Shown: one piece after another, positions 20,886-32,169 of the stretch
Layout: every line of letters starts with the position of its first letter
Numbering within the stretch: position 1 is the first letter of the stretch
Source: an uncultured Novosphingobium sp.
GTDB taxonomy: Bacteria > Pseudomonadota > Alphaproteobacteria > Sphingomonadales > Sphingomonadaceae
Length of the DNA: 64,000 bases
Assembly (NCBI GenBank): GCA_965140495.1
Contig: OZ223239.1
Location: 2,219,678 to 2,283,677, forward strand
Direction: 5' to 3'
Position numbers and translations under genes: made by a program
The notes under the pieces: generated by a model
Database searches by the model: none
What the model saw: only the letters and a program-made list of their open reading frames with translations
What the model was told of the DNA's origin: nothing

Positions 20886-22349
20886 TCAAAGCCCCAGGGC
20901 CGCCGGATCGAGCGGTGTGCCCTGGGCGGCCATCCCTTCCGTAAGGTTCTGGATAGTGCGCTGGGCATCGGGCTTTGCGGCTTTGGCCTGAAGCGCGGCG
21001 AGTTCCTCCGGACCATACCAGCGCCCTGCCTGCAGCACCCCTCGGACGTGGGCGGTGCAGGCGATGGCCTCGAGCGGATCGCAACCCAGCAGCACGATAT
21101 CGGCACGACACCCTTCGGACAGGCATCCGCTCTTGCCCTGTTCGCCCAGCACCTTTGCAACATTGGCGGTCGAGGCCTTGAGGACGTCGAACGTGCTCAT
21201 GCCGCCGTGCCGCATCAGCACCAGTTCCTCCTGAAGCGAGGCGCCGGGCACATTCGAGAAAATCCCCGAATCGCTGCCGGTAACGAGCGTGACGCCTTCT
21301 TCCTCAAGCATTTCGGCGAAGCGGCCCAGCCAGGCATCCTTGCCCTCGTGGTCGGCTGCATCCTGCTTGGACCAGAAATCTATGTAGCCCTTTTCGGTCG
21401 CCTGCGTGACGGGATTGAGTGTTTCGGTACCCGGTCGTGTCGCATAGCCTCCGTGCGTCCGCGCCATCATCAGCAGATTGTGGTGGGCCAGCAGGGTGGG
21501 GGTCACAGGCGTGCCCGATGCCGCGATCTTCTTGGCCACAGCGCGCGCCCTGGCATCGTCGAGCTTGTCGCCGAGCGCGTGCCACAGGATCGACTCGACA
21601 TGCTCGATCGTCTCGAACCCGTCGTCGAGGATCTCGTCGAACGCGATCGTGAAGGGACGCTTGTAGGGCATGCCATCGAGGCGCACCCCTTCCGGGGTAT
21701 GGCCTGTGATCTTGAGGCCACGCTTGCCGGCCTCCTCAAGCAAGGCCTCGTAGGGTGCACGCTTGAGGTTCGAGTAGACTTTCAGGCGCGTGAAGCCGGC
21801 ATCGGCCTGCCCGGCCACGGCCTTCCTCGCGGCCTCTGCGGTCTCGACAAGCTGATGGTTGATCTGGGCGTTCGCCCCCTCGCTGTTGAGAATCGGGCCG
21901 GTCGTGATCAGTCGCGGGCCATCGATCTCGCCGGACTCGATGCGTTTTTGCAGGTCGAGGTGGAACGGCATGCCTGACATGTTGCGCACGGTCGTGACGC
22001 CGTGGGCCAGATAGGCGCCGAGTTCCGCCTCGTCCCAGACATGGACGTGCATGTCCGCCAGCCCGGGAATAGCGGTGAGGCCACTGGCGTCGATCTCGCG
22101 CGCGCCGGATATCGACGGTGCCCCCTCGGCCGGGCCGGCATAGGCTATCGCACCATCCGAGACGACAACGGTCCCGTCGTGAACGCGCGCCGGCGCTTCG
22201 CCGCTGAAGTCGACAAGGTCGACATGACGCATGATCACCGATTGGCCTTCGGCTTCGGCGGCAAGCGCAGCGGGGGCGACGGTGAAGGCGCTGGAGAGCG
22301 CGAGCGTGGCTGCGAAACGGCGAAAGGTCGGCATGATTCGATGGGTCAT
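20886..22349 (-). CDS. exported amidohydrolase family protein
   Basis: Track ORF 20886..22895 trimmed to ATG 22349. Signal peptide MTHRIMPTFRRFAATLALSSAFTVAPAALA. Metal-binding LADMHVHVWD. Confidence 0.8.
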   Translation of the reverse strand: MTHRIMPTFRRFAATLALSSAFTVAPAALAAEAEGQSVIMRHVDLVDFSGEAPARVHDGTVVVSDGAIAYAGPAEGAPSISGAREIDASGLTAIPGLADMHVHVWDEAELGAYLAHGVTTVRNMSGMPFHLDLQKRIESGEIDGPRLITTGPILNSEGANAQINHQLVETAEAARKAVAGQADAGFTRLKVYSNLKRAPYEALLEEAGKRGLKITGHTPEGVRLDGMPYKRPFTIAFDEILDDGFETIEHVESILWHALGDKLDDARARAVAKKIAASGTPVTPTLLAHHNLLMMARTHGGYATRPGTETLNPVTQATEKGYIDFWSKQDAADHEGKDAWLGRFAEMLEEEGVTLVTGSDSGIFSNVPGASLQEELVLMRHGGMSTFDVLKASTANVAKVLGEQGKSGCLSEGCRADIVLLGCDPLEAIACTAHVRGVLQAGRWYGPEELAALQAKAAKPDAQRTIQNLTEGMAAQGTPLDPAALGL

Positions 22350-22417
22350 GCCGGCCAAAATGCCGCTCTTCCGGATCAGCACAAGTCTGAAGTGTGCTTT
22401 TGTACCGTTTCGCCTTC

Positions 22418-23293
22418 TCAGGCGGCGTTGGCTGCCTCCGGTGCCTTCTGCAGGGGCAGCGGTTCCTTGAAGGTGTTGGTGACGTAGGGGAACGGGATTT
22501 CGATCCCTGCCTCGTCCAGTGCAGCCTTCACGGCGAAGACGATCTCGCTCTTGGTCTGGCGCAGGTCCTGATCGACCGTATTGGTCCACCACTGGACAAG
22601 GAAGTCCACCGAGCTCGAATTGAATTCCTGAGCGAAGACGACCACACCCTTGTCCTTGTCGACGGCTTCGATGCTTTCCACTGCCGACTGGATTACCGGC
22701 TGCGCTTTCGAGAGGTCGGTGTCGTAGGAAACGCCGACAACGATGTCGAAACGGCGCAGGGGCTGGTCGGTGTAGATCTCGACCGGATTCTTGAACAGCA
22801 TCGAGTTGGGCACGACGGTCAGTTCGCCCGAGAACTGGCGGATGTGCGTTTCGCGCAGGGTAATCTTCTCGACCTTGCCGAGGAGCCCTTCGCACTCGAT
22901 GGTGTCGCCGATGTTCATCTTCTCGCGCAGCATGATGAGCACGCCGGCAAGGAAGTTCTCGAAGATGTCCTGAAACGCAAAGCCGATGGCGAGGGCGCCG
23001 ACACCCAGGCTGGCGAAGGCGCCGGCAGGGGTGAAGCTGGGAATGGCCACTGTCAGGGCGATGAGGACGCCGAAGATCCAGACAACGAGCCTGATGAGCG
23101 TATCGATCAGCTGCTTCAGGTCATCGCGAAGATTGGTGCGCCCGGTAAGGCGTGAAACGGCTGAAACCGCGATGCGCGCCACGACCCAGGTGGCGAAGAG
23201 TACGACAAGGGCAATGATCAGAGAGGGCAGCGCCTGTACGAATGCCTTGCCCATGGCTTCGAGTTCATCCTGAAGGATGGCGACGTAATTCAC
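22418..23293 (-). CDS. mechanosensitive ion channel (MscS) family protein
   Basis: Track ORF of 291 aa. Three N-terminal TM helices, then an MscS beta-domain region (GDTIECEGLLGKVEKITLRETHIR). Confidence 0.85.
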   Translation of the reverse strand: MNYVAILQDELEAMGKAFVQALPSLIIALVVLFATWVVARIAVSAVSRLTGRTNLRDDLKQLIDTLIRLVVWIFGVLIALTVAIPSFTPAGAFASLGVGALAIGFAFQDIFENFLAGVLIMLREKMNIGDTIECEGLLGKVEKITLRETHIRQFSGELTVVPNSMLFKNPVEIYTDQPLRRFDIVVGVSYDTDLSKAQPVIQSAVESIEAVDKDKGVVVFAQEFNSSSVDFLVQWWTNTVDQDLRQTKSEIVFAVKAALDEAGIEIPFPYVTNTFKEPLPLQKAPEAANAA

Positions 23294-23403
23294 GGTTGTT
23301 CAGTCCTTTCGGTGCATTTTTGCACATAACGTTCCTGGGGGCAGCGAGTTCCTCTTTACGCTTCGCACTTGCGAAACCGGCTCTTTTCGCCAATGAGCGC
23401 GCC

Positions 23404-25017
23404 ATGACTGATGACGCCCTGATCGAAGCCGCCCGTGTGTCCAAGGCCTGGCCCTTCCAGGAGGCCCAGAAGCTGCTCAAGCGGTACCCGAACGGCAAAC
23501 CCGGCGGTGGGCCGGTGCTGTTCGAAACCGGCTATGGACCTTCGGGTCTGCCGCATATCGGCACGTTTCAGGAAGTCTTGCGGACAACTCTGGTTCGGCG
23601 TGCCTATGAGGCGCTGACCGGTGGCGCACCGACGCGACTGGTGGCGTTCTCAGACGATATGGACGGATTGCGCAAGGTCCCCGACAATATTCCACAGGCA
23701 GAAATGCTGTCGGCGAACCTCGGCAAGCCGCTGACGCGCATTCCCGATCCATTCGGCAAGTTCGAGAGCTTCGCGCACCACAACAACGCGATGCTGCGGG
23801 AATTCCTCGACCGCTTCGGTTTCGAATACGAGTTCGTTTCCGCCAGCAGCCGGTACAATTCGGGTGAGTTCGACTCTGCGTTGACCCGCGTGCTCGAGTG
23901 CAATCAGGCGATCCTCGACGTGATGCTACCCACGCTGCGGGAGGAACGCCGCAAGACCTATTCGCCGGTCCTGCCGGTCTCGCCCACCACGGGCGTGGTG
24001 CTTCAGGTTCCCGTCGAAGTGCTCGACCCGGTGACCGGCATGATCCGCTTCACCGATCAGGACGGTAGCGTCGTCGAACAGACCGTGTTCGGCGGCCAGG
24101 CCAAGCTGCAGTGGAAGGTCGACTGGGCCATGCGCTGGTACGCGCTGGGTGTCGATTACGAGATGAGCGGCAAAGATCTGACCGATTCGGTCACGCAGTC
24201 GGGCAAGATCGTGAAGATCCTCGGCGGCCGGAAGCCGGAAGGCCTGATCTACGAGCTGTTCCTCGACGAAAACGGCGAGAAGATTTCGAAGTCCAAGGGC
24301 AACGGCCTCACCATCGAACAGTGGCTGACCTACGGGACCGAGGAATCACTCGGCTTCTATCTGTTCCGCGAGCCCAAGAGTGCGAAGCAGCTGCATGTCG
24401 GCGTAATCCCCAAGGCCGTGGACGAGTACTGGCAATTCCGGGGCAATCTCGCGAACCAGCCGCTCGACAAGCAGCTCGGCAACCCCGTGTGGCACCTGCT
24501 GCGTGCAAACGAGGCCGGGGCAGGGGCGACTTCGCAGGGCGCGGGCGATACCTTGCCGGTGACGTTCTCGCTGCTGCTCAACCTCGTTGGCGTGCTCGGT
24601 GCGGAGGCGACGGCGGAGCAGGTCTGGTCCTACCTCGGCAACTATGTGGCCGAAGCGACGCCAGAGGCGCATCCCGAGCTGGAGGAGCTGGTCCGGGCCG
24701 CGCTCGCCACCAACCGCGATTTCATTGCGCCGACGCTCAACCGCCGCGCGCCGACGGCCAACGAGGCAGAGGCGCTGCGGGCACTCGATACCGAGCTCGC
24801 CAAGGCGAGTCCGGATACGACCGCCGAGGATTTGCAGAACACGGTCTACGAGATCGGCAAGAACGAGGCCTATGCCTTCGAGACGCTGCGCGACTGGTTC
24901 AAGGCGCTCTACGAGACGCTTCTCGGCTCTTCGCAGGGGCCGCGCATGGGCAGCTTCATCGCCCTTTACGGCATTCCCGAAACGCGCGCGCTGATTGCTC
25001 AGGCCCTGAAAGCCTGA
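23404..25017 (+). CDS. lysK: lysine--tRNA ligase, class I
   Basis: Track ORF 23242..25017 trimmed to ATG 23404. GYGPSGLPHIGTF (HIGH-type) and GEKISKSKGNG (KMSKS-type). Class I LysRS is the known alphaproteobacterial form. Confidence 0.9.
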   Translation: MTDDALIEAARVSKAWPFQEAQKLLKRYPNGKPGGGPVLFETGYGPSGLPHIGTFQEVLRTTLVRRAYEALTGGAPTRLVAFSDDMDGLRKVPDNIPQAEMLSANLGKPLTRIPDPFGKFESFAHHNNAMLREFLDRFGFEYEFVSASSRYNSGEFDSALTRVLECNQAILDVMLPTLREERRKTYSPVLPVSPTTGVVLQVPVEVLDPVTGMIRFTDQDGSVVEQTVFGGQAKLQWKVDWAMRWYALGVDYEMSGKDLTDSVTQSGKIVKILGGRKPEGLIYELFLDENGEKISKSKGNGLTIEQWLTYGTEESLGFYLFREPKSAKQLHVGVIPKAVDEYWQFRGNLANQPLDKQLGNPVWHLLRANEAGAGATSQGAGDTLPVTFSLLLNLVGVLGAEATAEQVWSYLGNYVAEATPEAHPELEELVRAALATNRDFIAPTLNRRAPTANEAEALRALDTELAKASPDTTAEDLQNTVYEIGKNEAYAFETLRDWFKALYETLLGSSQGPRMGSFIALYGIPETRALIAQALKA

Positions 25018-25018
25018 G

Positions 25019-25690
25019 CTATGGCTGGGACCAGGGTTTCGTCCGAAACCACTTGGTCACGACGTACTTCACGCCACGCACCACCGGTCGCGCGGCGTGC
25101 ATCGTCCAGGGGTTGGGCGTGCCGTCGGGAAGGGCATTGTTCCAGAGCAGCAGACTGCCCCTGAGTGGCGCGATGCTGATGGGTATGCGGGTGAAGTCGG
25201 TGGCGCCGCCCTCGTCGACGTCGTTGAGATAGACCATCGCCGTCCACGTGCGCTGGCCTCCGCACCTCTTTTCCCTCGTCCAATAGTCGGCCGAGGTGTC
25301 GAACCAGTCGTAGTGTTCGTGGAAGTACTCGCCGGTCCGGTATCGTTGCCCCTGAAGCGATTCGCTGCAGTCGAGCGTCAGCCCGGTGAGAGCGGCAATT
25401 CTCCGCTCGACCTTGCGGACCGTCCTGTCGGCAACGTCGATGTCGCTTGAATAGCTCGTCCGGTAGTCGGGCCAGTCGGCTTCGTCCACGAGGCCCGACG
25501 GCTGTGCCACGGCGTCTATGAGCGTAATCAGATGATCGCAGTCCTTGGCGTCGAGGAACGCATCAACGGCATAGACTTCCGCGCGCTCCTCGGGAAAGCG
25601 GCGCACCGCCGGTTCGCAGGAAAGCTGCTCGCGCACCGTTTCGCCGATCCGGGCGAGGTCGCTGCAATCCGGGTGGCCGAAATCGTCCAT
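25019..25690 (-). CDS. 2OG-Fe(II) oxygenase (prolyl 4-hydroxylase-like)
   Basis: Track ORF of 223 aa. HEHYD (HxD) metal motif and C-terminal RGVKYVVTKWF, typical of P4H-type dioxygenases. Confidence 0.75.
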   Translation of the reverse strand: MDDFGHPDCSDLARIGETVREQLSCEPAVRRFPEERAEVYAVDAFLDAKDCDHLITLIDAVAQPSGLVDEADWPDYRTSYSSDIDVADRTVRKVERRIAALTGLTLDCSESLQGQRYRTGEYFHEHYDWFDTSADYWTREKRCGGQRTWTAMVYLNDVDEGGATDFTRIPISIAPLRGSLLLWNNALPDGTPNPWTMHAARPVVRGVKYVVTKWFRTKPWSQP

Positions 25691-25815
25691 CGGACTGCAA
25701 GACTACGCCCCTTGGAAATTAGATCAATCGTCCCTGTTTCCTCCAACGGAAAATGCTTCCATACCCTTGCGGGTGGACGTGTCCGTCCCTGCACATCGGA
25801 ACCGGGTGGAATTAC

Positions 25816-26367
25816 ATGAAATCAACGCTTGCGCCCCGATACACGCGTGTCGCCATCATTCTGCACTGGCTGATCGCGCTACTGATCGTCGCCAACTACG
25901 TGATCGCCTGGAGCGCGGAGGACCTGCCCAAGGCGGAGCTGATTGCGCTGATGGGTTATCACAAGGCCAATGGGCTCAGCATTCTGGCCCTCACGCTGGT
26001 GCGCATCGCATGGCGGCTGGTGCACAAGGGGCCGCCGTTCTCGACGGCGCTTTCGGCATGGGAAGTGGCGCTCGCCCGGGTCACCCACTTCCTGTTCTAC
26101 TTCCTGATGCTGGCCATTCCGTTGACCGGTTGGGGCATGGTGTCAGGCGGAGGCAATCCGGTGAGCTGGTTCGGCCTGTTCGATATTCCCGCTCTGCCGG
26201 TCGGTGCGGACAAGGCGCTGGGCGACATCTTTCATGAAAGCCATGAGGTTCTGGCCATCGTGATGCTGGGCTTGCTGGCGCTGCACGTCGCGGGCGCGCT
26301 CAAGCACCAGTTCCTCGACCGGGACGATACGATGGCGCGGATGGCACCGTTTCTCGCCCGCCGCTGA
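25816..26367 (+). CDS. cytochrome b561 family protein
   Basis: Track ORF 25753..26367 trimmed to ATG 25816. Four TM helices with conserved His (ILHWLIALL, HKANG, HESHEVLA, LHVAGALKH). Confidence 0.8.
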   Translation: MKSTLAPRYTRVAIILHWLIALLIVANYVIAWSAEDLPKAELIALMGYHKANGLSILALTLVRIAWRLVHKGPPFSTALSAWEVALARVTHFLFYFLMLAIPLTGWGMVSGGGNPVSWFGLFDIPALPVGADKALGDIFHESHEVLAIVMLGLLALHVAGALKHQFLDRDDTMARMAPFLARR

Positions 26368-26390
26368 GGTCGAGTTTCGATCCCAAAAGA

Positions 26391-26424
26391 AAAGAGCCCC
26401 CGGTCTGGTGTCCGGGGGCTCTTT
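26391..26424. terminator. bidirectional rho-independent-type hairpin
   Basis: AAAGAGCCCCCGG at 26391-26403 and CCGGGGGCTCTTT at 26412-26424, perfect 13-bp arms flanked by A/T runs, between convergent genes. Confidence 0.8.
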
Positions 26425-26445
26425 CTGTTTGCCGACTATCCGGTC

Positions 26446-27414
26446 TTACCAGAAGAAGTCGTAGATCACGTCGACCACTTCGCCGCTGTAGACATTCACC
26501 AGCAGCACATCGTCGTAGTAACGGACCCAGCGATAGGGACCGTAAACCTCGGGAAGGCGATACTGCCAGGGGTCGTTGATCCAGTAGCGGTTGCCGTAGA
26601 ACAGCGATCCCAGCGTGAAGCCGATGCCGAGCCGGCGGTACGAGTAGCCGTAGTAGGGCGCGTAGTACCGGCCGATGCGATAGGTCGAACGGTGCCGTGT
26701 ACGGTAGTCGCGCCAGTTGTAGCGCTTGTCCCGGCGCCACGAATGGCGGTTCCACTTGCGCGAGGCCCGATAGTCGCGGCGCTGATCGCGGTTGTTGTAA
26801 CGCCAGTTCCGCCGGTCGTTGCGGTCGTAGCGATAGTCGCGACGATCGCCCCGCCGTTCATAGCGGTTGTCGCGGCGTTCTTCGCGACGTTCGGTGCGGT
26901 TGTCCCGACGATCATAGCGGTTGTTCCGGCGCTCGTCGCGCCGATCATAGCGATTGTTCGTGCGGTCATTACGGCGATCGTAGCGGTTATCGCGCCGCTC
27001 CTCGCGGCGTTCGGTGCGATCGTTCCTGCGGTCGGTGCCGTAGACGCGGCGGTCGTTGCGGCGGTCCTGCCGCATGTCGCGCTGCTGATCGCGCTGGCGT
27101 TCGACCTTCTGCCGACGTTCGCGCTGCTCCTGTCCGGTCCGGATGGCCTGGCGGCGCGACTGCGTCATGTCCGGGGTGCGGGACCGCGTTTGCCGGTTGT
27201 TGTCGCCGCGCGACCAATTTCCACGTGAGGGCGCCTGAGCGCGGGCCGAGCCGTTGGAACGGTTTCGGAAATCCGGACGGTCCCTGTCGCGGCTGCGGTT
27301 TTCGCTGTGACGGGTGCGCTCAGCTGCTGCCGCGATTTCCGGCGTTACCATGCCCGTGACGGCAAGCGCCATCGCACTCCAGGCTGCTGCTGATAAAAGG
27401 GCACGCGTCTTCAT
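26446..27414 (-). CDS. secreted RcnB-like protein with Arg/Asp/Asn/Tyr-rich repeat region
   Basis: Track ORF 26446..27462 trimmed to ATG 27414 (signal peptide MKTRALLSAAAWSAMALAVTG). The C-terminal ~75 aa (RWVRYYDDVLLVNVYSGEVVDVIYDFFW) resemble the RcnB family. The central ~130 aa are degenerate DRRxxRxxNRY repeats. Confidence 0.65.
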   Translation of the reverse strand: MKTRALLSAAAWSAMALAVTGMVTPEIAAAAERTRHSENRSRDRDRPDFRNRSNGSARAQAPSRGNWSRGDNNRQTRSRTPDMTQSRRQAIRTGQEQRERRQKVERQRDQQRDMRQDRRNDRRVYGTDRRNDRTERREERRDNRYDRRNDRTNNRYDRRDERRNNRYDRRDNRTERREERRDNRYERRGDRRDYRYDRNDRRNWRYNNRDQRRDYRASRKWNRHSWRRDKRYNWRDYRTRHRSTYRIGRYYAPYYGYSYRRLGIGFTLGSLFYGNRYWINDPWQYRLPEVYGPYRWVRYYDDVLLVNVYSGEVVDVIYDFFW

Positions 27415-27575
27415 TTTCTTCCTGTCTGCCATATCCGGTCTCCTAAACCGAACGTGCCGCACGGCGATCGCGGCTCATCCTGTTGAGGGTGTGTTACACG
27501 ACTGGCGCTGTCAGGGGCGTGAACCGATTGTGCGCTCTCCGTTAATCTTTTGTCTATTTTAAATGAACGCGGTTT

Positions 27576-27616
27576 CTGCCCTGCCGGTCATCCTTCGCGG
27601 GATGCCGGCAGGACAG
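27576..27616 (-). terminator. long stem-loop just downstream of the ettA stop
   Basis: CTGCCCTGCCGG at 27576-27587 pairs with CCGGCAGGACAG at 27605-27616 (11 of 12), plus inner arms CATCC/GGATG. No clear U-run, so terminator function is uncertain. Confidence 0.45.
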
Positions 27617-27625
27617 ATCGCGATA

Positions 27626-29305
<1,680 letters not shown>

Positions 29306-29737
29306 CGGGTTCCTCTGGATCAAATCTGGCGTGTGTGGGGTATTTGCGCGCCGCTCTACAGGGCAGGGCCGGGATTGCCAAGGGTGGTGCGGGCCAGCGG
29401 GTGGGGCCCGGCGGGGTGTGACGCTGCAGTTGACACGGACGCGGCGAATTGTGTGTCGCCTTGGGGGCTGATCCGGTTCGGTGGGGATGCGCGAAGTCCG
29501 CGGTAGTCCTGCACGTTTTCGCAAGGTGACAGGTCTTTGTGACGCAGCATCGGTGTGACCTTTCGTTCGGGATGAATGTGGATCGACGTTCGGCCATTTC
29601 GGAACGAGGCGAGTGTCTCAAAGAGAGGTCGTGTAGGAAAGCGGGTGCTCAACAGGAAGGTCATCCCAGCGAGTGGTTGACCGTCGATCGGGAATGCAGC
29701 GTTGGCAATCCCCGCGCGCCGCGTTACGCAGGGCGCC

Positions 29738-31117
29738 ATGGTTCGCAAACTCCCCCGCGCGGCGCTTCTCGCCGCTATCGCCGCTCTTCCTTTCACCGCC
29801 ACCATCGCTGCCGCGACGCCGCAACAGGGCTCGGGCGTCGCCTGGGACATCGTCGAAGGCCTGACCACCGAGATCGGTCCGCGCATTGCGGGTTCGGAGG
29901 CGGAAGCACGGGCCCGTGCATGGGCCGATGCCAAGCTCAAGGCGCTGGGCTTCAGCAATGTGAAGATCGAGCCGTTCAAGGCGAACGTCTGGCAGCGCGG
30001 TCCGGAACACGCCAAGCTGACGGCGCCCTACCAGCAGCCGCTGGCGATCACTGCGCTCGGCTTTTCCGTGCCGACGCCTGCCGATGGTCTCAAGGCGGAA
30101 ATGGTCTATTTCCCGACGCTGGCCGCCCTGAAAGCTGCGCCTGCTGGATCGCTCAAGGGCAAGGTGGCTTTCGTCGACCATGCCATGCGCCGCGCGCAGG
30201 ACGGCTCGGGTTACGGACCCTACGGCAATGTGCGCCGCAGCGGGCCGAGCATCGCAGCGCAGAAGGGCGCGGCCGGTATCGTGATCCGCTCAGCCGGTAC
30301 GGATAGCCACCGCAACCCGCATACCGGCGCGACCGCCTGGGCCGAAGGCGTGACCCCGATCCCGGCAGGGGCCGTTTCCAATCCCGACGCCGATCTGATC
30401 GCCAGGATCGCCAGGATCGCCGAGCGCGGAAAGCCGATGCAGATCGACATGACCCTGATGGGCAAGCCGAACCCCGGCGCGCCTTCGGGCAATGTCGTGG
30501 CCGAACTGCCCGGCCGCGATCCTTCGTTGCCGATCGTGCTGGTGGCCTGCCACCTCGATTCCTGGGACCTCGGCACCGGCGCCATCGACGACGCCTCCGG
30601 CTGTGCCATCGTGACGGCTGCTGCGCTCGCCGCGCAGAAGGATGGCAAGACCCTGCGCACGATCCGCGTGCTGTGGTCGGGCAACGAGGAAATGGGCATG
30701 AACGGGCAGGGCGGCGGAACCCACTACGCCGAAATGCACGGCGACGAGCCCCATGCCGTCGCGATGGAAAGCGACTTCGGCGCGGACAACGTGTGGCAGG
30801 TGAAGAACAACTTCGCGCCCACCAACAAAGCGCTCGCCGACAAGATCAACGCCGCGCTCTGGCCAATGGGCATCGTGCCGCATCCGGGAGAGACCGAAGG
30901 CGGCGCCGACGTAGGCGCGATCATCGCCAGGCAGAAGCTGGCCGTGGTCGATCTGGGGCAGGACGGGATGCACTACTTCGACCTGCATCACACGCCCGAC
31001 GACACGCTCGACAAGGTCGACCCGGCAACGCTGCAGCAGAACGTCGACGCCTGGACGGCGGTGCTGAAGGTGATCGCCAACGAGCCGGGTGAAATTGCCG
31101 AGGGTACGGGCGAGTAA
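29738..31117 (+). CDS. exported M28 family metallopeptidase with PA domain
   Basis: Track ORF 29702..31117 trimmed to ATG 29738 (signal peptide MVRKLPRAALLAAIAALPFTATIAAA). Zinc-ligand motif HLDSWDLGTGAIDDASG. Confidence 0.8.
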   Translation: MVRKLPRAALLAAIAALPFTATIAAATPQQGSGVAWDIVEGLTTEIGPRIAGSEAEARARAWADAKLKALGFSNVKIEPFKANVWQRGPEHAKLTAPYQQPLAITALGFSVPTPADGLKAEMVYFPTLAALKAAPAGSLKGKVAFVDHAMRRAQDGSGYGPYGNVRRSGPSIAAQKGAAGIVIRSAGTDSHRNPHTGATAWAEGVTPIPAGAVSNPDADLIARIARIAERGKPMQIDMTLMGKPNPGAPSGNVVAELPGRDPSLPIVLVACHLDSWDLGTGAIDDASGCAIVTAAALAAQKDGKTLRTIRVLWSGNEEMGMNGQGGGTHYAEMHGDEPHAVAMESDFGADNVWQVKNNFAPTNKALADKINAALWPMGIVPHPGETEGGADVGAIIARQKLAVVDLGQDGMHYFDLHHTPDDTLDKVDPATLQQNVDAWTAVLKVIANEPGEIAEGTGE

Positions 31118-31170
31118 GCTAGACTCATAGCGGGCTTGGCGGATGGGTCCCTGCTGATCATCAACTGCCT

Positions 31171-31247
31171 CCGCTCGTCCTGAGCCTGTCGAAGGACGCT
31201 GGCACTGCGCCCCGGTCGGCACTCTTCGACAAGCTCAGAGTGAGCGG
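31171..31247. repeat. REP-like inverted pair (family 1, outer ends CCGCTC/GAGCGG)
   Basis: CCGCTCGTCCTGAGCCTGTCGAAG at 31171-31194 and CTTCGACAAGCTCAGAGTGAGCGG at 31224-31247. Same unit as at 3873-3945, but the pair is in the opposite relative orientation. Confidence 0.8.
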
Positions 31248-31287
31248 GTTCCGTTCAATCTTCTCAAAGCTGTAGAGAGCCGGCTCG

Positions 31288-32169
31288 CTAACCCGCCGCC
31301 GCGATCTGTTCGGCGACGGCGACCATGCGCACGGCCTGTTCCAGATGGAGCAGTTCGGTCATCTTGCCATCGACGCGGATGGCGCCCTTGCCCTGGTTTT
31401 CCGGCTGCTTGAATGCCTCGATCACGGCGCGGGCCCAGGCCAGATCGGCTTCGCTGGGGCTGAATACCATGTTGCACGGATCGATCTGTGCCGGGTGGAT
31501 CAGGCTCTTGCCGTCGAACCCGAACAGCAGGCCCTGCCGGGCTTCGGCCTCGAATACCGGAATGTCGCGGAACTCGTTGCATACGCCGTCGAGGATCGTG
31601 ACCCCATGGGCCCGCGCAGCGGCAACGGCCATCGACAGGAAGGGGAGAAAGGGCGTGCGCTCGGGCGTCAGTTGCGCGCGCATTTCCTTGGCGAGGTCAT
31701 TGGTGCCCATAATCCACAGCGACAGCCGTGTGGAGGCGGCCATCGCCGCGATGGGCTCCAGATTGAAGACCGCTTCGCAGGTTTCGATCATGGCCCAGAG
31801 CTGCATCGAGGCGGGCGCGCGTTCGAGCGCTTCCTCGTAGCGGCCGATGTCCTGCGGGCAGCCGACCTTGGGGACCAGCACGGCGTCGGCCTTGGTGCCG
31901 GCGATGGCGGCGAGATCCTCTGCCCCCCACTCGGTGTCGATACCGTTGGCGCGGATCGCCACTTCGCGATGGCCGAAGCCGCCTTCCTCGATGGCCGCGA
32001 CGGCAGCGGCGCGCGCTTCGGCTTTCATCTCCGGAGCGACGGCATCTTCCAGGTCCAGAATGACAACATCGCACGGCAGCGTGCGCGCCTTGGCCAGGGC
32101 CTTGGCATTGGAAGCGGGAAGGTAGAGCGCACTGCGGCGCGGGCGATCAGAGGCTTGGGTCATCGGCAC
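31288..32169 (-). CDS. HpcH/HpaI aldolase / citrate lyase beta (CitE)-like CoA-ester lyase
   Basis: Track ORF of 293 aa. LDLEDAV and MIETCEAV motifs typical of the CitE/malyl-CoA lyase family. Confidence 0.8.
   Translation of the reverse strand: MPMTQASDRPRRSALYLPASNAKALAKARTLPCDVVILDLEDAVAPEMKAEARAAAVAAIEEGGFGHREVAIRANGIDTEWGAEDLAAIAGTKADAVLVPKVGCPQDIGRYEEALERAPASMQLWAMIETCEAVFNLEPIAAMAASTRLSLWIMGTNDLAKEMRAQLTPERTPFLPFLSMAVAAARAHGVTILDGVCNEFRDIPVFEAEARQGLLFGFDGKSLIHPAQIDPCNMVFSPSEADLAWARAVIEAFKQPENQGKGAIRVDGKMTELLHLEQAVRMVAVAEQIAAAG

Noticed and set aside
20886-22895. Full 669-aa version of the amidohydrolase ORF
   Set aside because: The N-terminal ~182 residues are Arg/Gly-rich and overlap the mscS gene. 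A signal peptide begins at the internal Met (22349).
29463-29520. GGGGGCTGATCCGGTTCGG resembling the 5' end of tmRNA (alphaproteobacteria have two-piece ssrA)
   Set aside because: There is no ANDN...AA-type tag reading frame, no T-arm, and no ACCA acceptor end upstream or downstream on either strand. Probably a chance match.
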